A stretch of 64,000 bases of DNA from Bacteroidota bacterium (GCA_039798265.1 JBDKGH010000139.1:6558-70557); one strand, 5' to 3'; shown: positions 28,686 to 38,287, counted from the stretch's first letter. Program-made: numbers and translations. Notes: a model not told the origin generated them from the letters alone.

Positions 28686-29342
28686 ATGCGAAAAAACTCA
28701 TCCATACTTCGGAGTACGTTCTTTCTAATCGGAATGTTGTGCTGCACAGTAACATATGCGCAGCGCATCAATCTGTCCGATTCGCTCTCGCATATTTTTC
28801 AGGAAAAAAAGGGGTTGAGTGCGAAGTACGATGGGAAAAACGCAATGGTTTCTGGACGTAATTCGAAAACAAACAGCATTAAGCTTGGATTGAGCTTTGG
28901 AAAGCGTTTTTCCATTGGATTGGGTTACAATTGGCTAAGCACGGACATCGTTCAACTGAACATTGCCGAACGAAAGGAACAGTTTGTCAAGTTGCGCTAT
29001 ATTGCTCCTTATGCTGAGTACATTTTTTTCCGAAAAAATAATTGGGAGGCCTCTATACCCGTTCAGATTGGTGTAGGGAAAAGTTTTTTATCCTATGAAA
29101 AAAATGGAAATGGTCCTCGAGTAGGGGAGAGCTGGACATGGCTCTATGAACCAGCGATGACAGTAGAATATAAGTTTTTTGGGATGATCGGAGTAGGTGT
29201 AGGCGGTGGATATCGCATTATGCTGAAGAACAACAACAACCTGGACACGCGATTTACTTCTCCAATTTACACTTGGCGTGTACGACTCATCTTTGAAGAG
29301 ATCTTTCGAAAATCGGGCTTAAAATGGCCCTCAGGGACATAA
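28686..29342 (+). CDS. hypothetical secreted protein, possible outer-membrane beta-barrel
   Basis: ATG at 28686 lies after the terminator. The ORF-track start at 28629 would run through the hairpin. It has the signal peptide ...CCTVTYAQ and alternating hydrophobic strands. Confidence 0.45.
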   Translation: MRKNSSILRSTFFLIGMLCCTVTYAQRINLSDSLSHIFQEKKGLSAKYDGKNAMVSGRNSKTNSIKLGLSFGKRFSIGLGYNWLSTDIVQLNIAERKEQFVKLRYIAPYAEYIFFRKNNWEASIPVQIGVGKSFLSYEKNGNGPRVGESWTWLYEPAMTVEYKFFGMIGVGVGGGYRIMLKNNNNLDTRFTSPIYTWRVRLIFEEIFRKSGLKWPSGT

Positions 29343-29413
29343 GGGGACTGTCGTTTGCCACAAGAAACCGTATATTCGACCATAGATGAACTTTGCTCAG
29401 TCGAAGTACACCC

Positions 29414-29421
29414 TACATTTG
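29414..29421 (+). promoter_or_regulatory. candidate -7 promoter box (TACATTTG) only 4 nt before the ruvB ATG
   Basis: This is an exact TAnnTTTG match. Its position implies a leaderless or near-leaderless mRNA. Confidence 0.3.
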
Positions 29422-29425
29422 CCTT

Positions 29426-30445
29426 ATGGACGAATTTGATATCAGAAACGAAGCCGAGCAAACATCCGATAAGGATGTGGAAAAAGTGTTGCGCCCCAAG
29501 TCGTTTGACGATTTTACGGGCCAGCGACAAGTGTTGGAGAATTTGGAAGTGTTTGTGAAGGCGGCTAAGCTACGCAGCGAATCGCTGGATCACGTTCTCT
29601 TACACGGTCCTCCCGGATTAGGTAAAACAACGTTGGCCTATATCATTTCAAATGAAATGGGCGTGAATATCAAAACCACCTCGGGGCCCGTATTGGATAA
29701 ACCCGCCGATCTCGCTGGATTACTCACCAATTTAGAAGAAAACGACGTTTTATTTATTGACGAAATACATCGACTCAGTCCGGTAGTGGAGGAATATCTG
29801 TATTCCGCAATGGAAGATTACTGCATCGATTTAGTCATCGATAGCGGGCCGAATGCTCGTTCGGTTCAAATTACACTGAATCCATTTACCTTAGTTGGTG
29901 CTACTACCCGAAGCGGTTTGTTGACTGCGCCACTTCGAGCTCGTTTTGGAATTAATGCGCGTTTGCAGTATTACGATGCAAAAATTCTGACAGACATTGT
30001 TGAGCGTAGCGCACAAATATTAAAGATTGCAATTACTGGCGAGGCGGCTTATGAAATAGCCCGCAGATCTCGAGGTACGCCGCGTATAGCGAATGCGCTC
30101 CTTCGACGCGTACGCGACTTTGCCCAAATAAAAGGTGATGGTACGATAGAGATTAACATCACGCAAATGGCGTTGAATGCGCTCAATGTAGATACTTTGG
30201 GATTGGACGAAATGGACAACAAAATTCTGTTGACCATTCTCGACAAGTTCAATGGGGGCCCTGTTGGATTAACAACCATTGCTACAGCTGTGGGAGAAGA
30301 TGCAGGTACCATTGAAGAAGTATATGAGCCTTTTCTCATTCAAGAAGGTTTCTTGATTCGCACACCACGTGGCCGACAACTTACAGAATTGACCTATAAA
30401 CATTTGGGAAAAATCCGCAAAGCAGGACCTGGTCAGCTTTTCTAA
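29426..30445 (+). CDS. ruvB: Holliday junction branch migration DNA helicase RuvB
   Basis: [12 protein letters not shown], the Walker [21 protein letters not shown] and the arginine-finger region are present. 339 aa from ATG at 29426. Confidence 0.95.
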   Translation: MDEFDIRNEAEQTSDKDVEKVLRPKSFDDFTGQRQVLENLEVFVKAAKLRSESLDHVLLHGPPGLGKTTLAYIISNEMGVNIKTTSGPVLDKPADLAGLLTNLEENDVLFIDEIHRLSPVVEEYLYSAMEDYCIDLVIDSGPNARSVQITLNPFTLVGATTRSGLLTAPLRARFGINARLQYYDAKILTDIVERSAQILKIAITGEAAYEIARRSRGTPRIANALLRRVRDFAQIKGDGTIEINITQMALNALNVDTLGLDEMDNKILLTILDKFNGGPVGLTTIATAVGEDAGTIEEVYEPFLIQEGFLIRTPRGRQLTELTYKHLGKIRKAGPGQLF

Positions 30446-30451
30446 TACACC

Positions 30452-31378
30452 ATGAAAAAGCACACCACAGCTGAGCATACGGTTTGGTTAAAAAGAGAAG
30501 CCATGGCTATGGGCTTTTCTTTTGTGGGAGTATCAAAAGCACGTCAGTTAGAGGAGGAGGCAGCACGATTAGAGTCTTGGCTGAAGGCAGAGAAGCATGG
30601 AAAAATGGACTACATGGCGAATCACTTTGATAAGCGTTTAGATCCACGTTTATTAGTGCCGGGTGCGAAATCAGTGGTGTCGCTGATGTATAATTATTTC
30701 ACGGAAAGCAAACAAAACGACCAAGCTCCGAAAATTTCGAAATACGCCTACGGTGAAGATTATCATGATGTGATCAAGCACAAGCTTCGTGAATTATGGG
30801 AAAAAATGGAAGCGCGAGTTGGTCAAGTAGAAGGAAGGATTTTTGTGGATAGCGCCCCTGTTTTAGAAAAGGCATGGGCTAAAAATGCTGGCATAGGATG
30901 GGTGGGAAAAAACAGTAATTTGATTTCAAAGCAACAAGGATCTTTTTTCTTTTTAGCTGAGCTAATCATTGATTTAGAGTTAGAGCCAGACGGCCCCATC
31001 AAAGACTATTGCGGCACCTGCACCGCCTGCATAGATGCCTGTCCTACAGAGGCCATATTAGAACCATATGTAGTAGATGGCAGCAAGTGTATTTCCTATT
31101 TTACTATTGAGCTAAAAGAAGCCATTCCGTTGGCATTTAAAGGTCAACTAGATGATTGGATGTTTGGCTGCGATGTTTGTCAGGATGTCTGTCCGTGGAA
31201 TCGGTTTTCAAAACAACATAACGAGCCATTATTTCACCCCAAGGGCGAGTTGCTTGCCATGACAAGGTCAGACTGGAGAGAGTTAACTGAAGAGGTGTTT
31301 AAAGAGCTCTTTAGGCATTCTCCTGTAAAGCGTACGAAATATTCGGGGTTAAAGAGGAATATACAGTTTTTGGATTAA
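30452..31378 (+). CDS. queG: epoxyqueuosine reductase
   Basis: It has two 4Fe-4S motifs ([25 protein letters not shown]) and C-terminal HEAT-like repeats. 308 aa. Confidence 0.9.
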   Translation: MKKHTTAEHTVWLKREAMAMGFSFVGVSKARQLEEEAARLESWLKAEKHGKMDYMANHFDKRLDPRLLVPGAKSVVSLMYNYFTESKQNDQAPKISKYAYGEDYHDVIKHKLRELWEKMEARVGQVEGRIFVDSAPVLEKAWAKNAGIGWVGKNSNLISKQQGSFFFLAELIIDLELEPDGPIKDYCGTCTACIDACPTEAILEPYVVDGSKCISYFTIELKEAIPLAFKGQLDDWMFGCDVCQDVCPWNRFSKQHNEPLFHPKGELLAMTRSDWRELTEEVFKELFRHSPVKRTKYSGLKRNIQFLD

Positions 31379-31395
31379 TCGTTTTTTTTAGTACT

Positions 31396-31442
31396 AGACC
31401 TTATAGGTCTAAGACCTATAAGGTCTTTACCTAATTTTTTTT
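31396..31442 (+). repeat. double-palindrome element, copy 2 (terminator-like, 18 nt after the queG stop)
   Basis: The sequence is agaccttataggtct a agacctataaggtctttacc taatttttttt. It is identical to 8345-8391 except for the central nt. Confidence 0.9.
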
Positions 31443-31513
31443 CACATTTCCAACTATTTCTTATTCTACCACCCACCTCAGTTATCACACTTTTATATTC
31501 CTATTGCATAAAG

Positions 31514-31541
31514 CAAAAAAAAACCACCCTTCCGGGTGGTT
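31514..31541 (-). terminator. rho-independent terminator of the 67-aa minus-strand gene
   Basis: The accaccc/gggtggt stem is preceded on the plus strand by A9, which is a T-run on the minus strand. Confidence 0.7.
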
Positions 31542-31570
31542 GTTCTTTAAAGGTTTGACTTCGTTTCTTT

Positions 31571-31774
31571 TTAATGTGCTAACTTAAAACTGCTAGCAAT
31601 AATGTCTCGGTAACTGCTACCGAATGTAGCTATGCACCAGTTTTTGAATTGTTCCAATTCCTCTCCTTGCAACCATTTAATGGCTTTGCGAAGTTCTTTT
31701 CGAAAAAGGAATCGGTCAAAACTCACTTTGGTGAGCACTTCTTTGCATAATTCCAACATGGCTATCGATTTCAT
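31571..31774 (-). CDS. hypothetical 67-aa helical protein
   Basis: It has its own terminator and a plausible amphipathic composition. I recognise no family. Confidence 0.4.
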   Translation of the reverse strand: MKSIAMLELCKEVLTKVSFDRFLFRKELRKAIKWLQGEELEQFKNWCIATFGSSYRDIIASSFKLAH

Positions 31775-31966
31775 TTTCCTTGGTTACTCTAATGTAATTC
31801 CTCTCAAGCGAAATTCCTCTTTTTTGGGGACTTAGTTTTCCACCATCAGTGGTTCTTTTCTCTTGTTCAGAACGGTATACAAATGAACACGTAGAAAATG
31901 AGTTTATTGTAGCATCGAACGTTAAATAATTATCCGAAAATGGAAAGGAATGTTAATGTTAAATCA

Positions 31967-34900
31967 CTACTTCTTTAACAGTACTTCAACGGCCTTCTCG
32001 AGCTGCTGGTCGCGGCCTTTGCCAACTGCTGCCGGCTCATTGGCCACTTTCACGTCGGGGTTGAGTTGCTTGTTTTCTAAGTAGTCGCCTTCTACATCAA
32101 CCATTCCTACTTGTGGTATTCCAAATACCACCCCATTCTGTAGCATTTCCCACCACACGGCGGTGCCGGTTCCTGCTACGGGCATGCCCACCAATTTGCC
32201 AATACCCAAGGCGCGGTAAGTGTAAGGGAATAGATGCGCATCAGAGTAGTTACTCTCGTTCATCACCACTACCGATGGCTTGGTCCATTTGGATAAGGGC
32301 TCGTATCCCAATTTTTGATCTCGGGGTAACATGTTGATGTATTCTTTTCCAGATAGGAAAGTAGCCAAGTCGTCATGCAGCCAGCCGCCACCGTTAAATC
32401 GGGTATCAACGATTAAGGCTTCTCTGCTTTGGTATTTGCCAAGGGTTTGATCAAATACTTCACGGTAGCTACCATCGTCCATAGATCGCACATGCACGTA
32501 GCCTACCTTGCCGTTCGATACACTGTCTACGATATGCCTACAGTTATCTAACCAGCGTTGGTAGCGTAGTTCATATTCCACTCCTTCATGAATGGGTTTT
32601 ACGGTTTCATCCCAGCGCTGATTGGTGGCCGGATCGTATAAACTCAATAATGTAGGCACGCCTACTTTGCGGTTGAGCATAGGGTAATAGTTGGTTTCGG
32701 CTGCGATCGATTGGCCATCAATTTTTTCAATAACAACGCCTGCTTTGATTTTCGAACCGTTTTTTACCATTGGATTTTTCCGCATCACTTCAGCGATTTT
32801 TAATCCGTTACCTGTATAGTTCTGATCATAGAATAATCCCAATGAAGCGGTCTGATCGCCGTTGGGACTTTCTTTCCAATAATATGCTCCCGTATGCGAG
32901 GCGTTCAATTCACCTAACATTTCCTTCATCATTTCCGCAAAGTCATAATTGTTGTTTGCTTCGGGAAGTACACGTGCATATTCTTTTTTGTAAAAATCCC
33001 AGTCTACCTTATGAAGATCTTTCACATAGAATTTCTCACGCACTTGACGCCAGATATGTTCAAATAAATAAGCACGTTCAGCATTTTCATTCAACACCAT
33101 TTCTCCTTTGATGGCAATGGGTTTGGGCTCGCCTTTTTCTAAATCGATCTTTGTAATTTGTCCATCGGCGATCAAGAATAGATTTTTACCTTCTTTATCC
33201 GCAATGAATCCTCCGGGGCTAGTTCCTAGTTTTGCTAAAACTTTCGTTTCCTTAGTACGCAAATTACTTTCCCAAAGGTCATATCCTTTTTCGAACGTAG
33301 TGAGGTAATACAACTTCGAACCATCCTTTGATACATAAGCACTAGTGAAGTCAGATGAGTTGGGCGTCAAGCGGCGCTTGCGATCATCGATGCCGTCTAG
33401 TTGAATGGTAATGGGTTTTATCTCGTCTTTTTTCTCTTCTGCTTTTTCCCCTTTTTTAGTTTCCCCTTTTTTGGCAGTCGATTTTTTTGCATCACCTGAT
33501 GTTTCTTTTTTCGAAGAATCGGCAGCTGCTTGGTTTTCTTTGAAAAGCTCGTAATCTTCTTTATTCAGATTAAATTCATCAAATGCTTCTTGGGTGAGGA
33601 AGGTCGCATATACGTCCATTTCACCTCCCCAACTCGCGTGATTTTTCTTTCCGTTTTTAGGGCTCGACCAAATGAACATTTTTCCATCCATCATCCACGA
33701 CGGACCGTATGCGCCATAACCGCTGTGTGAAAGGTTAGTGATGGTACCTTTTCCATCAGCAGAGACTAATCCTATTTGTGAAATCCACTGTTGATCCGGA
33801 AGGTAGCTTACTAAAAACCATTTTCCATCGGGCGACCAATGGTAATGTTGGTCACCATCAGCATAGGAATAATTGAGGTTATAGGGAACAATTTCGCGAA
33901 TTGCTTTAGTAGAGAGGTTCACTACCTTCAGCGCTTGGCGTTGTGCGATAAAAGCAATTTCTTTTCCATCAGGTGAAAAGGCTGGCTGAAAGGTTTCTTC
34001 TGGTGTTTCTACCACCACCTCTTCTTTAATTAAGGTTGATTGGAAAAAGTACTTTTCATCTTTTCGCTGAATGGTAGCGGTATAAATATTCCAAGAATTG
34101 TTGCGCTCACCGGCATAAACGAGGGTTCGCCCATCTGGCGAAAACCCAACACTGCGCTCTTGTTCAGGTGTGTTTGTAATGCGTTTGGTGGTGCCTTCAG
34201 CAACGCTTGCTGCAAACACTTCACCTCGGTATACAAAGGCAATTTCTTTTCCATTGGGTGACACCGCTACTTCAGATGCGCCCGCAACAGGAGAAATTTT
34301 TTCTTGATTAAATCGGTCATCGTATGGAATGGTAACGGTTACTTTTTGAGGCGTGCCGCCATCACGAAGGGTATAGAGTGTTCCATGTTGATTAAAACAA
34401 AGAATCCCGTTATCACTTATGGATAATTGGCGGGCGGGATGATGAATAAGTTGTGTAAGCGCGGTGCTGCGGCCTTTGGCAAATTCATATTTATACACAT
34501 TCATATTCCCGCTTTGATCGCTGAGGTAATACATGCTTTGTCCGTCAGCAGAATAAAGGGGATTGAGATCTTCTCCTGAGAAAGTGGTCAACTGCTGGTG
34601 CTCGCCGGTCTTGGTGTTATACTCCCACAAGTCTCGCGTAACCGATGAGGTATGGTGTTTTCTAAATTCGTCTTCGTAGCCTTTTACATCTTGGTAAAGC
34701 ATTTTGCTGCCGTCTTTATTGTATTTAACATAAATAGCGGGCGTAGTCAATACTTGCTTTTCTCGTCCACCTTTAATGGCTACGCTATACAACTCGGGGA
34801 GCGCACCGCTCGGAAATTGCTGATTACTTGCCGCATCGAGGCGGGAAGAGAAGAAGACAACAGCATTGCCATCCGGGGTGAAATCGCATGGTATATCGCC

Positions 34901-35221
34901 TGATGAATGAAAGGTGAGGCGATTGGCCGCGCCGCCCTTGGCGGGCATAATGAAGATGTCAAAGTTTCCATTTCGATCGGATGCAAAAGCAATTTGTTTT
35001 CCATCAGGAGACCAAATAGGATTGAAGTCATATCCTTCCGATAAGGTGAGTAGTTGTGCTTCACCGCCATCTACACCAACAGCGTATAAATCGCCTTTGT
35101 AGGAAAAAACAATCGTTTTACCATCGGGTGAAATGGAGGAGTACCGAATCCACTGTGCTTCATTTTGAGAATAAGCGATCGAGGAAAGGAGGGAAAGGAC
35201 AATAAAGGTTAAGTGTTTCAC
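31967..35221 (-). CDS. tricorn-like S41 peptidase (TolB-type beta-propellers + PDZ + S41 catalytic domain)
   Basis: Repeated SPDGK/FSPDG propeller motifs are present, and the C-terminal S41 region carries GSAGE-like chemistry (NESNYSDAHLF). GTG at 35221 gives the signal peptide (M)KHLTFIVLSLLSSIAYSQ. The ORF-track start is GTG at 35272. Confidence 0.8.
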   Translation of the reverse strand: MKHLTFIVLSLLSSIAYSQNEAQWIRYSSISPDGKTIVFSYKGDLYAVGVDGGEAQLLTLSEGYDFNPIWSPDGKQIAFASDRNGNFDIFIMPAKGGAANRLTFHSSGDIPCDFTPDGNAVVFFSSRLDAASNQQFPSGALPELYSVAIKGGREKQVLTTPAIYVKYNKDGSKMLYQDVKGYEDEFRKHHTSSVTRDLWEYNTKTGEHQQLTTFSGEDLNPLYSADGQSMYYLSDQSGNMNVYKYEFAKGRSTALTQLIHHPARQLSISDNGILCFNQHGTLYTLRDGGTPQKVTVTIPYDDRFNQEKISPVAGASEVAVSPNGKEIAFVYRGEVFAASVAEGTTKRITNTPEQERSVGFSPDGRTLVYAGERNNSWNIYTATIQRKDEKYFFQSTLIKEEVVVETPEETFQPAFSPDGKEIAFIAQRQALKVVNLSTKAIREIVPYNLNYSYADGDQHYHWSPDGKWFLVSYLPDQQWISQIGLVSADGKGTITNLSHSGYGAYGPSWMMDGKMFIWSSPKNGKKNHASWGGEMDVYATFLTQEAFDEFNLNKEDYELFKENQAAADSSKKETSGDAKKSTAKKGETKKGEKAEEKKDEIKPITIQLDGIDDRKRRLTPNSSDFTSAYVSKDGSKLYYLTTFEKGYDLWESNLRTKETKVLAKLGTSPGGFIADKEGKNLFLIADGQITKIDLEKGEPKPIAIKGEMVLNENAERAYLFEHIWRQVREKFYVKDLHKVDWDFYKKEYARVLPEANNNYDFAEMMKEMLGELNASHTGAYYWKESPNGDQTASLGLFYDQNYTGNGLKIAEVMRKNPMVKNGSKIKAGVVIEKIDGQSIAAETNYYPMLNRKVGVPTLLSLYDPATNQRWDETVKPIHEGVEYELRYQRWLDNCRHIVDSVSNGKVGYVHVRSMDDGSYREVFDQTLGKYQSREALIVDTRFNGGGWLHDDLATFLSGKEYINMLPRDQKLGYEPLSKWTKPSVVVMNESNYSDAHLFPYTYRALGIGKLVGMPVAGTGTAVWWEMLQNGVVFGIPQVGMVDVEGDYLENKQLNPDVKVANEPAAVGKGRDQQLEKAVEVLLKK

Positions 35222-35438
35222 AAAAAAAGGGTTTATGAAAGGCAATTTATAAAAAGGAAATGCGCGGCCCACAAGGGAATTGTTAATTTGTGTTTGCTAG
35301 CTGATATATAGCTAGGTGATAATAATCACATTCTAGCTTTCACAAAAGGATACCTTTACCATCTCTTCAAACGGCAATCATTTCTACTGCAGTATTTTTT
35401 GCCCTGGACACTTTGCATTTTTACTTAATAAGAAGAAC

Positions 35439-35999
35439 ATGATCATTTACATTAAACATATGGTTAGTTCTCGATGTAAACTATCGGTGGCTGAAGTCTT
35501 AAATAGCCTTGGTTTAAAATACACCACTATTGATCTAGGATATGTGGAACTGCAACAAGACTTGAATCCTGTGTTGCATGATGAACTCAAGGCTAGTCTC
35601 GCTAAATCAGGCTTAGAGCTTTTGGATGATAAGCGCTTTATTCTGATTGAACGGATAAAAAATGTTATTACAAAAATGATCCATGACACGGATGATTTGC
35701 CACGGGTGAATTTCTCTACTTTTTTAAGTGAACAGTTGAAGCATGATTATACCTATTTGTCCAACATTTTCACCGAAGGAGTGGGAATGAATATTCAGCA
35801 CTTTATCATTGAACACAAAATAGAAAAGGCGAAAGAACTCATAATAGATGATGAGCTAAGTCTTACCGAGATCGCGTACCGTCTGCATTATAGCAGTGTT
35901 GCGCATTTCTCTACGCAGTTTAAAAAGGTCACTGGTGTTACTCCAACGGCTTATAAAAAATTAAAGGACAAACAGCGTAGAAATTTAGAAGATGTGTGA
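35439..35999 (+). CDS. AraC-family transcriptional regulator
   Basis: It has the C-terminal HTH_AraC signature (LTEIAYRLHYSSVAHFSTQFKKVTGVTPTAY) and a small N-terminal ferredoxin-like domain. Confidence 0.8.
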   Translation: MIIYIKHMVSSRCKLSVAEVLNSLGLKYTTIDLGYVELQQDLNPVLHDELKASLAKSGLELLDDKRFILIERIKNVITKMIHDTDDLPRVNFSTFLSEQLKHDYTYLSNIFTEGVGMNIQHFIIEHKIEKAKELIIDDELSLTEIAYRLHYSSVAHFSTQFKKVTGVTPTAYKKLKDKQRRNLEDV

Positions 36000-36089
36000 A
36001 CTGTGTAAGAATTAGAGGTTAGCGTGTAACATGTAAAGGTGTTGATCAGCGGAGATTTGTAGTGTAAAATCAACTAACACACTACCATC

Positions 36090-36323
36090 ATGAACACTAA
36101 AAGCTCCTCTGACGGAAATGGCAACATTTCTACTGCATTAATTCTGCGTACAGATTTTATTGCACTTCAAAAGGCCATCACCGCGCATCTTGAAATGGCT
36201 GTCAAACAACATGAAGAAGCACCAGATTATGGTGAAAATGACGACTACAAACAGTCTCAAGAGCGATTAGTCACGGCTAATCATCATCATGATTTCGATG
36301 AATCGAGAGAAAATAAAGCATAG
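36090..36323 (+). CDS. hypothetical small acidic protein (77 aa)
   Basis: The ORF has a -7-like box at 36053-36059 and a downstream hairpin with a T-run. I recognise no family. Confidence 0.4.
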   Translation: MNTKSSSDGNGNISTALILRTDFIALQKAITAHLEMAVKQHEEAPDYGENDDYKQSQERLVTANHHHDFDESRENKA

Positions 36324-36369
36324 TCCGGATATATACTCAGCGGTTTAAGTTTTTCGTTCGGACTTTGAA

Positions 36370-36408
36370 AGTGGATGCATTAGAAAATAGTGTATCCACT
36401 TTTTTTTG
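36370..36408 (+). terminator. probable rho-independent terminator
   Basis: The agtggat ... atccact stem is followed by T7-8. Confidence 0.55.
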
Positions 36409-36518
36409 ATAAAAAAAATAGTGTGATTGATGTAATAGATTGAACGAATACTATAACACCTATACGTAAACAATCATGAAGATTTGTTCTGTAGTTTATT
36501 TCAGGCTACACCAAGAAA

Positions 36519-36740
36519 ATGGAAACACCAAACAAAGCCATCGAGGCTTTCAAAATTAGCGGTGAATGGGCTCCGCAGTCCAAAAAGCTCAAATCAAAAT
36601 TCGATCAATTGACAGAGTCTGATTTAAAATTGGAATCTGGCAAAGAAGAGGAAATGCTCGCACGCGTGGGAACACGTCTGAATAAGAAACGTGAAGAAGT
36701 AATAGGCCTCATCAAGAACGTTCAGTTAGACAAAGCATAG
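36519..36740 (+). CDS. CsbD-like general stress protein
   Basis: 73 aa. The W-x-KxLKxKF-x-LTESDL-x-GK pattern resembles the CsbD family. Confidence 0.55.
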   Translation: METPNKAIEAFKISGEWAPQSKKLKSKFDQLTESDLKLESGKEEEMLARVGTRLNKKREEVIGLIKNVQLDKA

Positions 36741-36763
36741 GTCTTGGCTGGTCGGTTTTTGAA

Positions 36764-36796
36764 AAGAGACACCTTTGCGGGTGTCTCTTTTTTTTA
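36764..36796 (+). terminator. rho-independent terminator
   Basis: aagagacacc / ggtgtctctt forms a 10-bp stem followed by a T-run. Confidence 0.8.
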
Positions 36797-36900
36797 ATCA
36801 GTCAATTATGAAACGATTAGTCGAATTCTTGTAAGAGTTGAGCATCTATTGTATCGCAGATTTGAAGTGTAGAAACGGTTCTATAATTAATATATATCGG

Positions 36901-37572
36901 ATGAAAACTATAAAAGCTATCAATGGCTTTTGGAATCAAATCAAAGGTCAGATGCAGCAGCGTTATGCAATGTTGCGCAACAACAATAAGTACTTACTTG
37001 AAGGGAGAAATACGGAGGCGTATGGTAAATCTCAAATGGAGGAAAGTAAAGATATAAGACATGTTTTTGATGATGATTTTTTTCTTCCAAAGGCTAATTC
37101 GGAAAAAAAGTTGACAAGTGGAATGCAGAACCATAAGGTTCAAATGAATTGGATGATAATGCTAGTCGCAGTTGTGCTTGTGAGCGCCACTGCTTGTAGC
37201 TCGCCAAAGAAAAAAGTGGAGAATGCCCAAGAGGAGGTTAAAGAATCAGAAGAGAATTTGGAACAAGCAAACAAAGAATACCTAGAAGATATGGAAAACT
37301 ACAAAGTGGAAACCAGAAAGAAAATCAAAGAGAATGAAAAGGCTATGGCCGATTTCAAAGAGCGCATCAAAAATGAAAAGGCGGATGTGAAGGCTGACTA
37401 TGAAATCAAAATTGCTGCTTTAGAAAAAAAGAATAGTGATTTCACCTTGCGCATGGATAATTACAAAGCCGATGGGCGCGAAAGTTGGGACAAGTTTAAA
37501 GCAGAGTTATCCTATGATATGGATGAATTGGGTAAGGCTTTTAAGGACCTTACAGTGAAAAATGTAAAGTAG
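36901..37572 (+). CDS. CsbD-like N-terminal segment fused in frame to a lipoprotein-signal/coiled-coil Lys/Glu-rich domain (or a lipoprotein starting at internal ATG 37123/37144)
   Basis: ATG at 36901, since the ORF-track start is a TTG. The N-terminus FWNQIKGQMQQRYAML is CsbD-like. Internally, MNWMIMLVAVVLVSATAC is a lipobox signal. The C-terminal half is heptad-like and K/E-rich. Confidence 0.5.
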   Translation: MKTIKAINGFWNQIKGQMQQRYAMLRNNNKYLLEGRNTEAYGKSQMEESKDIRHVFDDDFFLPKANSEKKLTSGMQNHKVQMNWMIMLVAVVLVSATACSSPKKKVENAQEEVKESEENLEQANKEYLEDMENYKVETRKKIKENEKAMADFKERIKNEKADVKADYEIKIAALEKKNSDFTLRMDNYKADGRESWDKFKAELSYDMDELGKAFKDLTVKNVK

Positions 37573-37590
37573 TTTTTAATCAGAAAGTTT

Positions 37591-38223
37591 ATGAAAAAAG
37601 GCATTGTCATTTTAAGCATATGCTGCTTATCGGGCTTATCGTGGTCGCAAGACGCCAGCGATAATGATCAACTATTCTTTGGTGTAAAAGGCGGGTTGAA
37701 CTACTCAAATGTATATGATTCAAAGGGAGAGGAGTTTGATGCAGATCCTAAGTTTGGTTTTGCTGGCGGCGTATTCACCACTATACCAATTGGTAGCTTC
37801 CTAGGCATTCAACCGGAGGTGTTGTTTAGTCAAAAGGGTTTTTCTGCAAAGGGAAATGTTTTAGGCAGTGAGTATAGCTTAACACGAACAACCTCGTTCG
37901 TAGATGTGCCTATTTATTTTGCCATTCGACCAAGCCCATGGGTGTCTATTGTGGCAGGCCCACAGTATTCATATCTTGTTAAGCAGCGTGATGTTTTTGA
38001 AAATGGAAAGACAACCATCGCGCAAGAACAAGAATTTGGAAGTCAGAATATTCGAAAAAATATTCTTTGCTTTAGCGGCGGACTCGATATCAATACGGAT
38101 CACCTCGTAGTGGGTGCTCGTGTGGGCTGGGATGTACAGAAAAATACAGGCGATGGCACTTCTACTGTTCCGCGCTATAAAAACACATGGTATCAGGTAA
38201 CGATAGGGTATCGTTTATACTGA
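37591..38223 (+). CDS. outer-membrane beta-barrel protein (OMP_b-brl_2 / porin-family type)
   Basis: It has a signal peptide, plus FFGVKGGLNYSNVY, IQPEVLFSQKGF, FVDVPIYFAIRP and a terminal aromatic (GYRLY). Confidence 0.7.
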   Translation: MKKGIVILSICCLSGLSWSQDASDNDQLFFGVKGGLNYSNVYDSKGEEFDADPKFGFAGGVFTTIPIGSFLGIQPEVLFSQKGFSAKGNVLGSEYSLTRTTSFVDVPIYFAIRPSPWVSIVAGPQYSYLVKQRDVFENGKTTIAQEQEFGSQNIRKNILCFSGGLDINTDHLVVGARVGWDVQKNTGDGTSTVPRYKNTWYQVTIGYRLY

Positions 38224-38287
38224 TCCTTCTGTAATTCTTGATTTAGAAAAGAGTTTCCAACCAAAAATCAAAACCCGTTTTCGAATC

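Noticed and set aside
8340-31442. The 23-kb segment bounded by the two direct copies of the palindromic element, considered as a possible genomic island or mobile element.
   Set aside because: Its content is core housekeeping (aspS, the respiratory chain, ruvB, queG). It has no integrase, transposase, tRNA or att-like context. Its codon usage is native. The repeats are better explained as a dispersed intergenic element.
35222-35272. The upstream GTG start (35272) for the tricorn-like protease.
   Set aside because: The extra 17 residues (MGRAFPFYKLPFINPFF) would precede an otherwise canonical signal peptide that begins at the GTG at 35221. I prefer the shorter form, without experimental support.
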